DNA of 64,000 nt from Rhina ancylostomus. Its lineage: Eukaryota. Below, piece after piece: positions 48,949 to 61,985 of this stretch (position 1 is the first letter of the stretch; each line of letters begins with the position of its first letter). The stretch is from NCBI GenBank assembly GCA_030265395.1, contig JARFYF010000017.1:19402768-19466767 (forward strand), in the 5' to 3' direction. The position numbers and the translations under genes are program-made. The notes below the pieces were generated by a model. The model worked only from the letters and a program-made list of their open reading frames with translations, did not search any database and was not told the origin of the DNA.

Positions 48949-51581
48949 AAGATGTGAGGCAGTTCATAACAAATCTAAAACTTTTCAGGTTCTCTGCCCA
49001 GTGAAGTAAATAAGCTATTTAACCACTAGGTTTGGAAAGGGGTCAGTGAATATACAGATCAGATATCCATATTCTTCATAGCCTAACTGCATTAGACTTT
49101 AATCGAAGATTATTTCCTAAAATGGTAAAACAAGTGACTAACAGCTAGATTCTTAGTGTGCCTTGATGGCTCTAGTAACTACACTGCAGGCAGAAGCAGC
49201 CAAAAATAATCACAGGTTTGTTAGTACTAAAATTGTATGCCAAAAGTTTACTCTGTGGACCTCTAACTGCTTTGTGGTGACAGATGGTAATGCCAGGAAA
49301 ACATTTAAAATCAATATTACCCAAAGATGTAGTGTTATGCTAGTAGCTTGTGTTAACGAGCATAAACTGTTGAAACATTCAAAGCTGGTTCTCAGTTTAT
49401 ATAATAAAGATATTTACTATATAGTTTTTACAGTTAACATCCATCAAAGGGATTTCAAACAGGGCATTACTCTATTCTAAAGAGACACTGAACTTCTATT
49501 AAGTTGATTAACGTACTAACTTTCTATTTGGCCATTCCATAATTTTCCTGAAATTCCGTCTTAAATTCGAAGGATTTGATAATTGCTGCAAAAAAATTGT
49601 TTCATTTGTTCAACACCTTTTTAAACATTGAATACAATCATAGCCAGCATTTTTAGAATGTTTTAAGTGCAGCCAAACATTTCATTTCAAGAAAGTAATT
49701 AGCAAGTTCGAAACCAAGTATTTATTAAAGGCAAGAACTCTTCCTCCCCCTTAACTAGCAAAGTCTGCAGAATGCACCTTGAAGCATCACCAGCACATCA
49801 CCCACCCACCCCACTCCCACCAACCCTACCACTACCTTTCTTGCTGCCATTATCTTATGGCCATGTCCAAATCATTTTCAGTGGTCCATGGAAACTTGCT
49901 ACCTTCTTCATTGCCTTTATTAAAAAAAACATTCATTTCTGAGATTTCTTTCAAGAGATATAATACAACCTTGGCTACTAGGAATCATTGGGAATATTTT
50001 TCTTCCTACCTAACTGAGTTATGGTACAAATTCACCAACTTCTTACAAATGGCAAGTTTTACTGAAATCATCCCATCCACAGGAGAAGTTGTGTAACTTT
50101 TCCCACTTCTGGGTTGCAAACTACCAGTTAGAAATTATGCGTTCAGTCCTTTATTTGGTGGATTTATTTGTCAAGAAATGTCCATTTCCCATTGTTTCTT
50201 CTCTCTAATGTGAAGTGCGTTCTTCATTCTGGCAATTGAACATGATAAAGAGATTAATGAGGTCAGCCTATTCCTGACATCCATTCTCTAGTGGACTGGT
50301 CTTCAGTGAAACTAGTCGATTAACAAGACAAAGTGTAAATATTAAGGACAAGGAATTAGTCTGAGATATTTTATTTTCCAGTGTTATAATATTGTTGCAT
50401 GTCTGCCTAACAGAGCTTTTAAAAAAGCACTAATGAGCTCATGAAATTCCAGAGCACTATTTGAATAAAGGTGTTTCCAGCCTTCCTCGTGTAATGCAGC
50501 AGTGGTTCAGGAAGAGCCAGTGCTTCTGAAAAGCTCTGGTTAAATTTCCTGCAGCTGCCAAAATGTAGGCACACAACTGGGATCTCATCAGCCAGTCTCT
50601 ATACACAAAAGTGCACTGCAGCACCAGCACTGTTGAAAATATAGCCTTGACCGGGTCCATCGGTAGAAATTTTGGAAGTTTGTTGTGGTTCAGCTAAATC
50701 AAGAAGTATGTTGTTTGAGTTTGCAGCATGCTNNNNNNNNNNNNNNNNNNNNNNNNNNNNNNNNNNNNNNNNNNNNNNNNNNNNNNNNNNNNNNNNNNNN
50801 NNNNNNNNNNNNNNNNNNNNNNNNNNNNNNNNNNNNNNNNNNNNNNNNNNNNNNNNNNNNNNNNNNNNNNNNNNNNNNNNNNNNNNNNNNNNNNNNNNNN
50901 NNNNNNNNNNNNNNNNNNNNNNNNNNNNNNNNNNNNNNNNNNNNNNNNNNNNNNNNNNNNNNNNNNNNNNNNNNNNNNNNNNNNNNNNNNNNNNNNNNNN
51001 NNNNNNNNNNNNNNNNNNNNNNNNNNNNNNNNNNNNNNNNNNNNNNNNNNNNNNNNNNNNNNNNNNNNNNNNNNNNNNNNNNNNNNNNNNNNNNNNNNNN
51101 NNNNNNNNNNNNNNNNNNNNNNNNNNNNNNNNNNNNNNNNNNNNNNNNNNNNNNNNNNNNNNNNNNNNNNNNNNNNNNNNNNNNNNNNNNNNNNNNNNNN
51201 NNNNNNNNNNNNNNNNNNNNNNNNNNNNNNNNNNNNNNNNNNNNNNNNNNNNNNNNNNNNNNNNNNNNNNNNNNNNNNNNNNNNNNNNNNNNNNNNNNNN
51301 NNNNNNNNNNNNNNNNNNNNNNNNNNNNNNNNNNNNNNNNNNNNNNNNNNNNNNNNNNNNNNNNNNNNNNNNNNNNNNNNNNNNNNNNNNNNNNNNNNNN
51401 NNNNNNNNNNNNNNNNNNNNNNNNNNNNNNNNNNNNNNNNNNNNNNNNNNNNNNNNNNNNNNNNNNNNNNNNNNNNNNNNNNNNNNNNNNNNNNNNNNNN
51501 NNNNNNNNNNNNNNNNNNNNNNNNNNNNNNNNNNNNNNNNNNNNNNNNNNNNNNNNNNNNNNNNNNNNNNNNNNNNNNNNN

Positions 51582-52090
51582 AGGACCACAAGAAACTGCA
51601 GAGAGTTGTGGACACAGCCCAGCGCATCACAGACACCAGCCTCCCCTCCTTGGACTCTCTTTACCTCTCGCTGCCTCGGCGAAGCAGCCAGCATAATCAA
51701 AGACCCAACCCACCCGGGTCATTCTCCCTTCTCTCTTCTTCCATCAGGTAGAAGATACAGGAGCCTGAGGGCATATACCACCAGACTTAAGGACAGCTTC
51801 CACCACACTGTGATAAGACTATTGAACAGTTCCCTTATACGATAAGATGGACTCTGACCTCACTATCTGCCTTGTTGTGACCTTGCACCTTATTGCACTG
51901 CAGCTTCTCTGTAGTTGGGACACTTCACTTTTGACTGTTATTGTTTTTACCTGTACTACATCAATGCACTCTGTACTTACCCAATGTAATTGCACTGTGT
52001 AATGAATTGACCTGTACGATTGGTATGTAAGACAAGTTTTTCACTGTACCTTGATGGAAGTGACAATAATAAACCAAAACCAATACCAAA
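51582..52090 (+). mobile_element. Rex1/Babar-type LINE 3' end (5' part lost in an about 850-N gap)
   Basis: DHKKLQRVVDTAQRIT / AASIIKDPTHPGHSPFSLLPSGRRYRSLRAYTTRLKDSFHHTVIRLLN, then a 3'UTR and an AATAAA-(accaat)n-like tail. Confidence 0.9.
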
Positions 52091-52609
52091 ACAGAGGCAT
52101 CAAAAGGAGGGGATCAGGAGAGCAATCATTGTGGGATGGCATGCTGAGGATGTAATTGAGCTGGATCCATTGGTTTGGGACCCAAAGGACCTGTGCAATA
52201 AGGAGGGCTAGTAGGTTGAAACCAAGTAAAAATCTTAAGAGGGGATCAACCAATATGAAGGTCCATCCACTTGATCTCATGGTCACAAACATGATCGGGC
52301 GGGTCACATAGAAAAACGGCTTGCCTGTCTGGTGAAGGCTCGCTGCTGTACCAGTGCCACACACAGTTCACAGGCCAAGCTGGAACAAATGAATTTTATG
52401 CAAACAACAACAAAAGGTGTGTTGCATGCCAATTGACATTATTTTGTTTTAAACCAGGCACCTCTATGGCGAAGTGCACCAAACACACAGAGAACACAAA
52501 CTGAGTGATCACCCTATCATGTTTAGTGATTGGAATTCTGATTATAATCATTCACTTTGTATACAGAAATATTTTACTGTTGCAGGTTGGATTCAAATCA
52601 CATTTATAG

Positions 52610-53040
52610 CTACAGCAACTATTTGTATTTATATAGGTCCTTCATGGCAGCAAGATAAGGAACATTATCAAATGAAATTTGAAACTGAGAGTGCTAAAGA
52701 TAGTCAAAAGTTTGGTCAAAGACAGAGGATTTTGTAGAAGCTTAAGGTGGAAAGAAAAGCAGAGGGGCAGAGATTTTCAAGGAAGGAATTCAAGAGCTTC
52801 AGACCTTGGCAGCTGATGGCATGGCTGTAACTGGTGGAGCGATTAAATTAGGGATGATCAAGAGGTCAAAATTGAAGGAGTGGGAATATATTGGGGGTAA
52901 TTATTAGAAAAAATTACAGAGGCAGGAATGGCAAAGCCATGGAAGCATTTAAAAACAAGAATGTGAGTTATGAAACTGAAGTGTTGCTCAATTAGGAACC
53001 AAAGCAAGTTAGCAAGCTTGGAGATGATGGATGGACTAGC
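52610..53040 (-). mobile_element. Decayed L2 3' end
   Basis: 'tttgtatttatataggtccttc...aaggaaggaattcaagagcttcagaccttggcagctgatggcatggc' parallels 19525-19865. Confidence 0.65.
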
Positions 53041-53987
53041 TCCAGCCTGGTGTGTAATCTTGCACAAGCATCATTGTAAGGTGATCTGTGAAGTCAGCAT
53101 TAACTTTCTAAACATCAAATGTATTTCCAAACTGCCCCCAACTCCACCTGAATCTCTTCTCAATAAGAAATATATTAAAATAGACTGAGGAGATTTTCAA
53201 TAACTCATGAAGTCATACTCCATAAGTGGATATCAATTGCTTTAACCTGCTCCATCCAAACCTTAACACTGTAACTGCGGTGACATGACATATTTTAGCC
53301 ATGAATATCATTGCAGTTAGTGAAATGAAATCAGAATATTGTTTTTAACAGTTAGAATTCTGCATATTTCACCAGAAGTATTGTAGTAACTTAATTGTTT
53401 CATAGACCTGCTTATCAGGTAAGATGTTTTACTAGCTCTGCGATTTCACTTTCAGCAGTTGCAGCTGGGAACTAAATAAAGGAGTCTTTCACAGTGAGAT
53501 GACTGTTTACACATTATCAATTGCATTCACAGACAAATTGTCCCTTAACTAACGGACCTGAACAACTCATGGGCAAGAACCCATACATACATCAAACTTT
53601 GTACTTCAACAAATTAATTGAATTTAAATATTTTGAAGGAACCCATCTAAATCAACTCATGAAATAGTAGTGCTGACGCAAATATAATGAGATGAAGCTG
53701 CATAGAATCTAAGAGAGTAAAATTGAAAAAAGGCCAGTTATGTCAAATTTCTTTTACTTGGAAACCTTTTTTTCACCCTTTAAAAGGCACCTCATGTAAA
53801 TTGGCTAATGGGCCAACTTTTCACCTGCCAATCACTGAAGGAGAGGGACTGTGAGCTTAGTGAAAGTGGAGNNNNNNNNNNNNNNNNNNNNNNNNNNNNN
53901 NNNNNNNNNNNNNNNNNNNNNNNNNNNNNNNNNNNNNNNNNNNNNNNNNNNNNNNNNNNNNNNNNNNNNNNGAGCTTCTGGCTGCTG

Positions 53988-54180
53988 TCATAGTCATAAA
54001 GCTGTACATCATAGAGACAGGGCCTTTGGCCCATTATGTCTATACCGACCATCATGCCTATCTACACTAATCCATGTAGCCTGTATTGTCCATATCCCTC
54101 TATGCCCTGTTCATTCAAGTACCTGTCCAGATGCATCTTAAATGTTGTTACTGTTTCTGCCTCCACCACATCCTCAGTAG
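53988..54180 (-). mobile_element. CR1 3' terminus
   Basis: 'tcatagtcataaagctgtacatcatagagacagggcctttggcccattatgtc...ctgcctccaccacatcctc' is the antisense CR1 tail. Confidence 0.8.
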
Positions 54181-55084
54181 GTCTGCTGTAAATGTGAGGC
54201 ATTTTTATCTCCAGCTAGAAAAACTTGATTGGTTAAATCGGCTCTCCTCTGTTTTGATGATTAAACATAATGTTGACTGAGAAGATCTGATCCATGAGAG
54301 GGACCTGTCCCCTTAGTAATGTCATAGAGTTGACCTTCAGCTAGGCAGTTCCATGCTGTTGCAAAGTGCTTTTATCTGCCCATCAATACAGGAATCAGGG
54401 ACTGGGTTGGATCTTCCTTCCTGTTCTCACACAAACTCAGGATAATTGCAACAAGAAAAACACTGGTGTTAAACGATGAGACCTCCTGCCATCTCACTAC
54501 CCAAATTGAAGTTCCCTCCCCATGACTCCACTGATACCACCTCAATACAGGCCAGTAGGGGAGTCTAGGATCCAAGGGTACAGCCTCAGAATAAAGAGAC
54601 GTCCTAGAAAAGGATCCTGCACCAGAAAATAAGTGGGGCAGGAAAGCTCCTGTACACAACTTCAGGAAGACATTCTAGGTCCATTTTGAATCTTATAGTT
54701 TGTGATATAAATTGAATCTTGGAGTATTGGTCATATTACAATGTCAATCTTCCTGGAAGACACTGTAACAAAAATACTTATATTCTGAAACTGATGCTTC
54801 TTTTATCATTGTGCTGGTCTGGATCATGAATAGTGCAAGGGATGACACTTAAGTATAAGTCTCAAATTACTAAGTCACTGACACTTTAACTATTCCATGG
54901 AATCGAGTGTTTTGGGAGTCTAGTGTTGGGCATGCAAACAAGGCCTGCCCTACATTGCTAACTGAGAGTAACTAGGTTCTCAAAGCTGGGGTTATCTGTC
55001 TGGGAGAAGATGCTGCTCTTGTTTTGCTTATCATTTGGAGGATTCTATGAGGCAGCACTGTTGTTATTTTTCCAGTCCCTTGAT

Positions 55085-55370
55085 ATGGCTATTGCAGGCA
55101 ACAGAGAAAAATAACTCAAGAGTATGGTCAGATCTTATTTGAAGAAGTGCAACGTGCCCACTGAATCCTGGGAACCACTGGTCCATGACTGGAGAAGCAG
55201 CATAGAAGGAGTGCATCACCTCACAATTATTAACCCACCTGTCTGTCAGACACATCTTTCCCCATCTTTGGAAGAGTCTGTGATTCCCACATTGACCCCA
55301 TTAACCAGGTCAGAACCCCAGATCAGGGTAGAAGCAAGGCATCCTTGATCCCGAGGGACTGCCTGAGAAA
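55085..55370 (+). mobile_element. RTE-type LINE 3' fragment
   Basis: ORF 55124 LKKCNVPTESWEPLVHDWRSSIEG resembles the RTE C-terminal LK.C.I....WE.LA.DR..WR motif. It ends 'atccttgatcccgagggactgcct'. Confidence 0.65.
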
Positions 55371-56199
55371 CATGCCTTTCTGGTGGACGTGAACTCATGG
55401 AGAACTCATCATGAAGAGATGTTGAGGTGATGTGTATCCAACTATCAATCCATTCACGGTGAGGTATTGGGCAAGGCAGACAAAAATATTTATTAATCCA
55501 CTGTCCACCCAACTGCACAAAGCTGTTCTGAGTATTAGTTGAGCACTTCAAAATGGGTAGGCAGAGCAGTCCTTTCCAGATGAACCTATTCCTGGAGATT
55601 TCATCAGGTGACTTCATGCCACCAATAGCTGTCCTCCCCCCACTCTTTGTTGTCCATTTTGAACCATCTTCTTACGCCAAACAACTTCCTGGTTGGATGT
55701 TTCATAACGGTTACCCAAACAGTTCTACATTTATTATTTCTATAAGTAGTAAACAGAAATTCAAAGTTATTTTTAAAACACCCTTTTGTATTGTCCTGTG
55801 ACTCACCCCAATATCCTGAAGAGTGGATTCTAATTCTGGGTGAGCCCAGGGCCATGCTGGAGGTGGGCAGGTTCACTTTTCAGTCAAAGTAGGCCAGAGC
55901 CTTGGTTAAGTACTAAAGCAGGGGACTGTAGGAAGCACTTGACAAGCAACATCCACTTCCCTCTCCCTCCTCACCCATGAGCAGTCTGCTGCTGCCTTTG
56001 GAGGATATGGAGGAAAGCCCTACTGCCAGTGCCTCAGTGCAGCCATCTTAAATGTTTGCACCTTCTGTGTCTACAAAACATTCACTGGATTGAAAGGACT
56101 TGCCCAGCAGCTCACCCTCCCACCCTTCCCTCTCCATCCCAACTATCAAGCTGCCTGATTTCTCACCAAATTTATTCAAAGAAATGTAAATGATGGACA

Positions 56200-56380
56200 A
56201 CAAAAAACAAAAGCAGAAAATGCTGGAAATATTCAGCAAATCAGGCATCATCTGTGGAGAAAGGAACACTTGGTGTCTCAGGTGAATGGTTATCAACCTG
56301 AAGTGTTATCTCTCCGCTTCTCTCTCCACAGCTGCTGCCTGAGCTGTTGAGTGTTTCCAACATTTTCTGGTTTTTTTCCA
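56200..56380. mobile_element. Penelope-derived hairpin element
   Basis: 'cagaaaatgctggaaatattcagcaaatcaggcatcatctgtggaga' vs the inverted 'tctccacagctgctgcctgagctgttgagtgtttccaacattttctg'. Confidence 0.8.
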
Positions 56381-57719
56381 TTCAAATGGGTACCAAACCA
56401 TGAAAATAGATCAGGCCCCTCATGAGTACTTTCAGACAATTCTTACAATTGTTCCATCCACTCTGCCTGTAGGTTCTGCAAATGAAAATTATCTCTATTG
56501 TTCCTTCTAACAGGTCAATCCACTTTAATAAAATATCCTAATGGCCCTTTTAAAGCTGTTATGACTTGAATGCACTGATCAACCTATAGGATACGTTCTC
56601 ATTTGTGGCATAGGGCTGAATGATATTACATTTTAATGAGGTTATTCTGTTCTGGAAAGGAATGAAAATCAAATACATTCTACAGCCTTCCAATACATCC
56701 CAACCATGTGTCAGCTTCTTCAAAAAATCCTGTGCTAAACACCAATTATATACCAACCTTTTTAAAACCAGCTGTCAATTTTTTTTTCAATAATTCAGTA
56801 TTCTTAAGGTGACTTAAACAACCTGATTTGAGCCAGTAATATTTATTTTTATAAGTGCTCACACATGGCCAAGCAAGAAATGTTTTTGCAAACAGAATTT
56901 GCATGAACATGGTTAAAGCATTGGGAGGTAGAAATTCATCCTCTGTTATATGTAGGAAATGTGGAGATAAGTGTGTTGAACTGTGCTTCTGAAACATGGT
57001 CCCTTTGACTTTAATTTAACTGAATTTCACAAAAAAATTTCAATTTCCACACATTGCTGCTTTGTGCACAGAGAAGGTGAATTCCTATCTCATTTATTTA
57101 TCGCATTTATACCCAGCAGACAATGGTCTTGTACTCCTTTAGTACCAATGCTGAATTTCTCCCATTCAAACTTTCCAGTGCATTTTCACTTGCCGATACA
57201 TTGGTTGAAGCTGATAGGATTGCTGGCACAATGCTTTGGTGCAGCATACGATTGAATCCCCACTCTCCCTTGCAAGATTAATGCACACCTGTGGGAGGAA
57301 GACAGATGTCTTCCAACAGGAAGACCCACCTCTGGATCACCATTGTGCGTCCTGATGGACACATAGCAGATGTTGGCAGTGACCCAGCATCTGGTTTTCT
57401 GCCCTGCCCTGCCCTGCTCTGCCCTGCTCTCTTGGTTGCAGGTGTTTCCAGAGAGAAAAGTTAGAAAAGCAGAGAAAAAAAAACAGAAATCGGGCCCCTG
57501 GTGTAATTTTGATGAGTTAATGATGTAAATCAGCTTCTATTGATTCAGATCTCATTACTTTCATATCCCTGACTTCTGTTGAAATGAAATTTAGCAGTGT
57601 GGTAAAACTGGAGGCTCAATTAGTATTGTATATTTTATACAACTACACAGGATCAAAATTAATCCCCTCTACTTTCCCCCACTCGTCCCCCAGCCCAGTG
57701 TTTTAGTTCCAGGCAGAGT

Positions 57720-58115
57720 TGGGTCAAACTCTTGCCTCCAGGTTATCTCCAAAGTACAAAAGTTAAGGCCAACACTCCAGTGCAGTTCTGAAGGAGTGCT
57801 GCTCTGCGGGAAGTGCTACTTTCAGATGAGACATTAACCAAAGTTCTGGTCTGTTATCTCAGGGATAGAAGATCACCCAGCACTATTTTATGGAGCAGGA
57901 CAGTTATCATGAAGTCCTAGGCAATATTTATTCACTCAATCAACATCACTCATAGAAGTTGTCAGTTAATTATTACACTGCGGTTTGTGAGAATTTACTG
58001 GCTGCAAACTGCTTGCTGCATTTCTTATGTTACTACAGCTCAATGCTAATTTGTTTTGTGAAGCATCTTGAACCATCCTGAGAGTGTGAAGGTGCTATGT
58101 AATTGCAAGTCTCTC
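57720..58115 (+). mobile_element. Deu-domain SINE (SacSINE1/AmnSINE1-like) with L2-type tail
   Basis: 'acactccagtgcagttctgaaggagtgctgc...ctttcagatgagacattaacc...gtcctaggcaatatttattcactcaatcaacatcac' is Deu-domain-like. The tail is 'gaaggtgctatgtaattgcaagt'. Confidence 0.75.
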
Positions 58116-58964
58116 CTTGAATCTCCCTAAGCTTTGGATTTTGTATTAATTCCTGTCCAATATACAGTGCACCCAAATCTTTTGAAAGAAAGCAGGTTGC
58201 TCACCTGCCTGCAGGCTTGCCTATTCATGTAGTTCTTGAGTCAGACATTTTGAGGTGCAAGATGCAGCCCAGCCCAGTCAGGCTGCTGTCAGATATTTAT
58301 CCTTCCCTGCGGAGCAATGCTTTGCTCCAGCCAACAACTTCCCCGCAGAGCCCAGCTTGAGATCTGGACCTTGCAACTGAATTTATTGTGGGAATATTTT
58401 TGTGCTTTTAATAGGAACCTATAATGACACAATTGGGTACATCATCACAATTTATAAATGGAAAAGACTAAGGCAATAAACCTGATGTTAGTTAGAGAAT
58501 ATGATTCCTATATTGTTGGAAATAGCCAGGAATGCAGTACATCTGCCAATATTTTGTGAGGAATGAAGGTGGTTTAGTCATGCTGTTAAAATTGTTGCAT
58601 TGTGAGACTGCACATTCCCAATATTTTGGGCTGGCCTTTATCCCTGCTGATATGATGGAGAAATATATACTGCATGCTGTTGTAGTGAACATGTAGTAAT
58701 GGTTGTAAGATGATTAGATCTTCATTGCTTAATCTTTTCCACTTTCTAATTGCATCAATGTGTGCAACTACCAAAATGCAGCTCTGTCAAGACTGAGTAA
58801 TCACAGCGAGAAATCAACAGAATTAGATGGAGCAAATTTTAATGTTGGGCATAAATATTTTATTAACCAAAGAGCCACCTGTAAAATCTATCATTGAAGT
58901 GTATTAACCCTTGCTCTGTATATAAATGAGAATAAATAAATAACGATAATACTGTGATGTACAA

Positions 58965-59282
58965 TTTCAGTTACAGAGAGATACAACTGAGTCCGTGCAA
59001 ACCATCAAGCACCCATTTTTACACTAATCCTATGTTAACCCATCTTATTCTCCCATATTCTTATTCCTTCCCCCCTAGATCCCTACACTCATCTGCACAC
59101 TTGAGTCAATTAACCTACCAACCATACGTTTTTGGAATGTGGGAGAAAACCAGACTAATCGGAGAAAACCCATGAAGTCACAGGGAGAACATGTAAACTC
59201 CACACATACAGCACTGGAGGTCAGAATTGCACCTGGGTCACTGCGAGGTAGCAGTTTTACTCACTGTATCACCATGCCACTC
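58965..59282 (-). mobile_element. Decayed V-SINE (HE1-like)
   Basis: Antisense V-domain 'ttggaatgtgggagaaaaccagactaatcggagaaaacccatgaagtcacagggagaacatgtaaactccacaca' and tRNA-like head 'aattgcacctgggtc'. Confidence 0.8.
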
Positions 59283-59439
59283 TCAACATTTTATTTGCAT
59301 TTCTAATTTTGCAATGGGGTTTCATATCAAAGATATCAAAGCAGATGTTTGAAGGCAATAGCACCATGGGAACTTTGGTAAACAAAACATTGTGGTTTCA
59401 ACACAATGTGGGTCAGATAATAGAAAATAAAGTAACTGC

Positions 59440-59712
59440 AACTCAGGGTGGAATTTGTATGTTCTCTTTGTGGGGTTCTTCCAGGTGCTCTGGTTTCCTC
59501 CCACATCCCAGAGGTGTGTGGGTTGGTACGTTAGTCAGCCACTGCAAATTGTCCCCAATGTGTAGGGGAGCAGTAGAATCTGGGATTGGGGGGGGGCATA
59601 GAATTAATGAGAATGTGGAGCGAACAAAACAAATGCGGTTAGCGTAGGTGGTTGATGATCAGCATAGAGTCAATGGGCCAAAGGGCCTGTTTCTGCCATG
59701 TACATCTCTATC
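59440..59712 (+). mobile_element. 5'-truncated V-SINE with CR1-type tail (HE1-like)
   Basis: V-domain 'gggttcttccaggtgctctggtttcctcccacatccca' and tail 'atgggccaaagggcctgtttctgccatgtacatctctat'. Confidence 0.82.
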
Positions 59713-60209
59713 ATCCTTTGACTATATTTACAAGGAATGAATAAGCAGGACAGGATTAGCAGAACTGCACTGAAGCTCCAACTATAAGTGAAGGTTCATG
59801 TCCTGAAGCACATTAATCTCCAATGAGCACAAGTACCCCTTTCAGTTTCACTCTCTGGCAATGATGCAAACTGGATCGTTTGCCCAAGCTCTTCGCATGG
59901 AAGCGGTCTTATTTTTCTGTTTATTCTTAAAGTAGTTAATGTAGTGTCAGGAGCCATTGAAAAACAGTGACCCCACACACGCTACTGTTTGGGAAAAGAT
60001 AGCATGTGAATCAAGGGCTATGTCAAATAGTGGGAAAAATAGCACTGCTTCATACAAATACTGAATACAAAATTACAGTACCGATGCCGCTGTTTGTTTC
60101 CATCTGTGTTTGCTATGCTAAAATATTAATGCACATTTGTGAATAGATATTTGTTTACATCTGAAATGGATAAAAACAGAAGTTGCTCATTCTTTTGTTC
60201 TTATTCAAG

Positions 60210-60528
60210 GATATGAACATCTTGCTTTAAGCAAGAGAAGTTTTAAAGCAGCTGCTAAACTGAAAGATTTTGATCCACTTTCCTGCCTTCACAAGGATGA
60301 TGCCTATGAACTAGTAGTATTCTCCTGAACCAAAATACAAAACACAGAGGGTGCTCACTGAAAGGATAGAAAGGAACTAAAGAGAAGCCACCACAAGGCC
60401 CATCCTGCTGCTCAACGTACGTTTGACCTCCACTCTTTGAAGTCCAGACCTTTTCACTTTTCTTATCAAAAGAGTCAGTTAAAAGAGGAAATACACGGCT
60501 CTCTCCCACTGCTAGAAGACAACATCAG
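60210..60528 (+). other. Candidate 319-bp exon (non-coding or decayed)
   Basis: Acceptor 'ctcattcttttgttcttattcaag|G', donor 'CAG|gtaaga', sequence not recognised as a TE. The best frame has two TGA stops. Confidence 0.3.
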
Positions 60529-61504
60529 GTAAGAGTCAGGAATTTTCACTTCAATATTGTGGCTTATCCCTCGAGATTTTTCTCTTTCAAAAATATTGAG
60601 CCAATTGATCATGTATAGACTAGTTTTTGATGTGTGCAACATATAAGGAAAACATGACCTTATAAAATATATTGGTTATGGCTTGCTTAACAACTTCAGA
60701 TCTATAAAACAGCCCCATGGCCAGTCTGTAATGGTATTCAGAACTGTAACTCCTAATTAACATTTTTGTTTTGGTGGAGACTAACAGAGCCTGTAAATGT
60801 TGACGTAACTAGTCTTGAAGTTGCAATAAGGCAATTAATCTTCTGCTTAGGTACTGATACATCAACGAAATGCAAGCTCTTATTAGTGTGTTTAGAAAGA
60901 ATTACATTTGTGTTCTCTAACAATTTTTCCCAGTGCTACTGGCTGAGGTGAGAATCAGGGTAACACGGACATGAGCACAGCATCAACCAATGTTGCAGTT
61001 TGGATACCTGTTACACAGTCATCCAGGGAAATCGCCACTGGTTCACATGATTTTCCATTGGTTGAGCACTTTAATCACCGCTTCCTCACCCCTCTGTTAA
61101 TACCAACTGGGATATAAATTTGGAGATGTCAGCCAAACGGGTCTGGTACAGTGTCCCAAGTACATCAGCAAAGTAATACGACCCCACACTAGCTGCCACA
61201 CTACCAGCCATTCACCCCCAACCTCACCTCAGCCCACACCAATTTGGACATAAAGGAACCTTCACAATTCAGGAACAAGAGAGGGTTATAATGAAGTATT
61301 TTGATTTTTAACATGCACTACAGGACTGGACTTTTAAAAATATTGAAGCCTGAAAGGCAGCTGACTTTTTTTAGCTTTCTACTCTTTGCTGAGTTGGCCT
61401 GTTTTCTAACTGGCACTAAATTTGCATCAAATTCCAGTTTAGTAGCAACAGANNNNNNNNNNNNNNNTATCCATATAGAACAGAAGCAGAGAGGAGATTT
61501 AGAA

Positions 61505-61985
61505 TGATAGGTTCATAGAGAACTTGTGACACAGAAAGAAGCCACTTGGCCCATGATGTCTTTGCCAGCTGAAAAGAAGTTCCTCAGTCTAATCCCACCT
61601 CCAGTACAACTGATAGCCACATGGATCATAGCTCTTCAAATACACATCCACCAAGTACATTTTAAATGTGATGAGGACTTTTGTCTCTCCATCCTTTCAA
61701 GCAATGACTTCTCAACCTCATTGTCCCCTGTTTATAAAAAAAGACCTCACTTCCTCTCTAGTCATTCATTGGTTACTTTAAATCTTAGCCTCCAATTTTT
61801 GACCCATATCCTAAGAGAAATAGATAGTTCTTATTTGCTCTACCTACATCCTTTATTTATACACCTCAATTAAGTCTTCCCTCCTCCTCCTCTTCTGTTC
61901 CTAATACAACTCTAATTTATCCAATCTTTCCTCTGGGCTAAGTTCTTCCAGGCTTGTAAACCTCTGTACCCTTTCCTGTGCAGTA
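61505..61985 (-). mobile_element. Decayed CR1 3' region
   Basis: 'catagagaacttgtgacacagaaagaagccacttggcccatg...tttatacacctcaattaagtcttccctc...tccaatctttcctc' is antisense CR1. Confidence 0.7.

Noticed and set aside
50599-51845. Long ORFs of 320-386 aa (also those at 13.8-14.2 kb, 17.0-17.5 kb, 1.6-2.0 kb and 43.4-43.8 kb)
   Set aside because: Their length comes from N-runs translated as X. The only interpretable part of the 50.6-51.8 kb set is the Rex1/Babar C-terminus.
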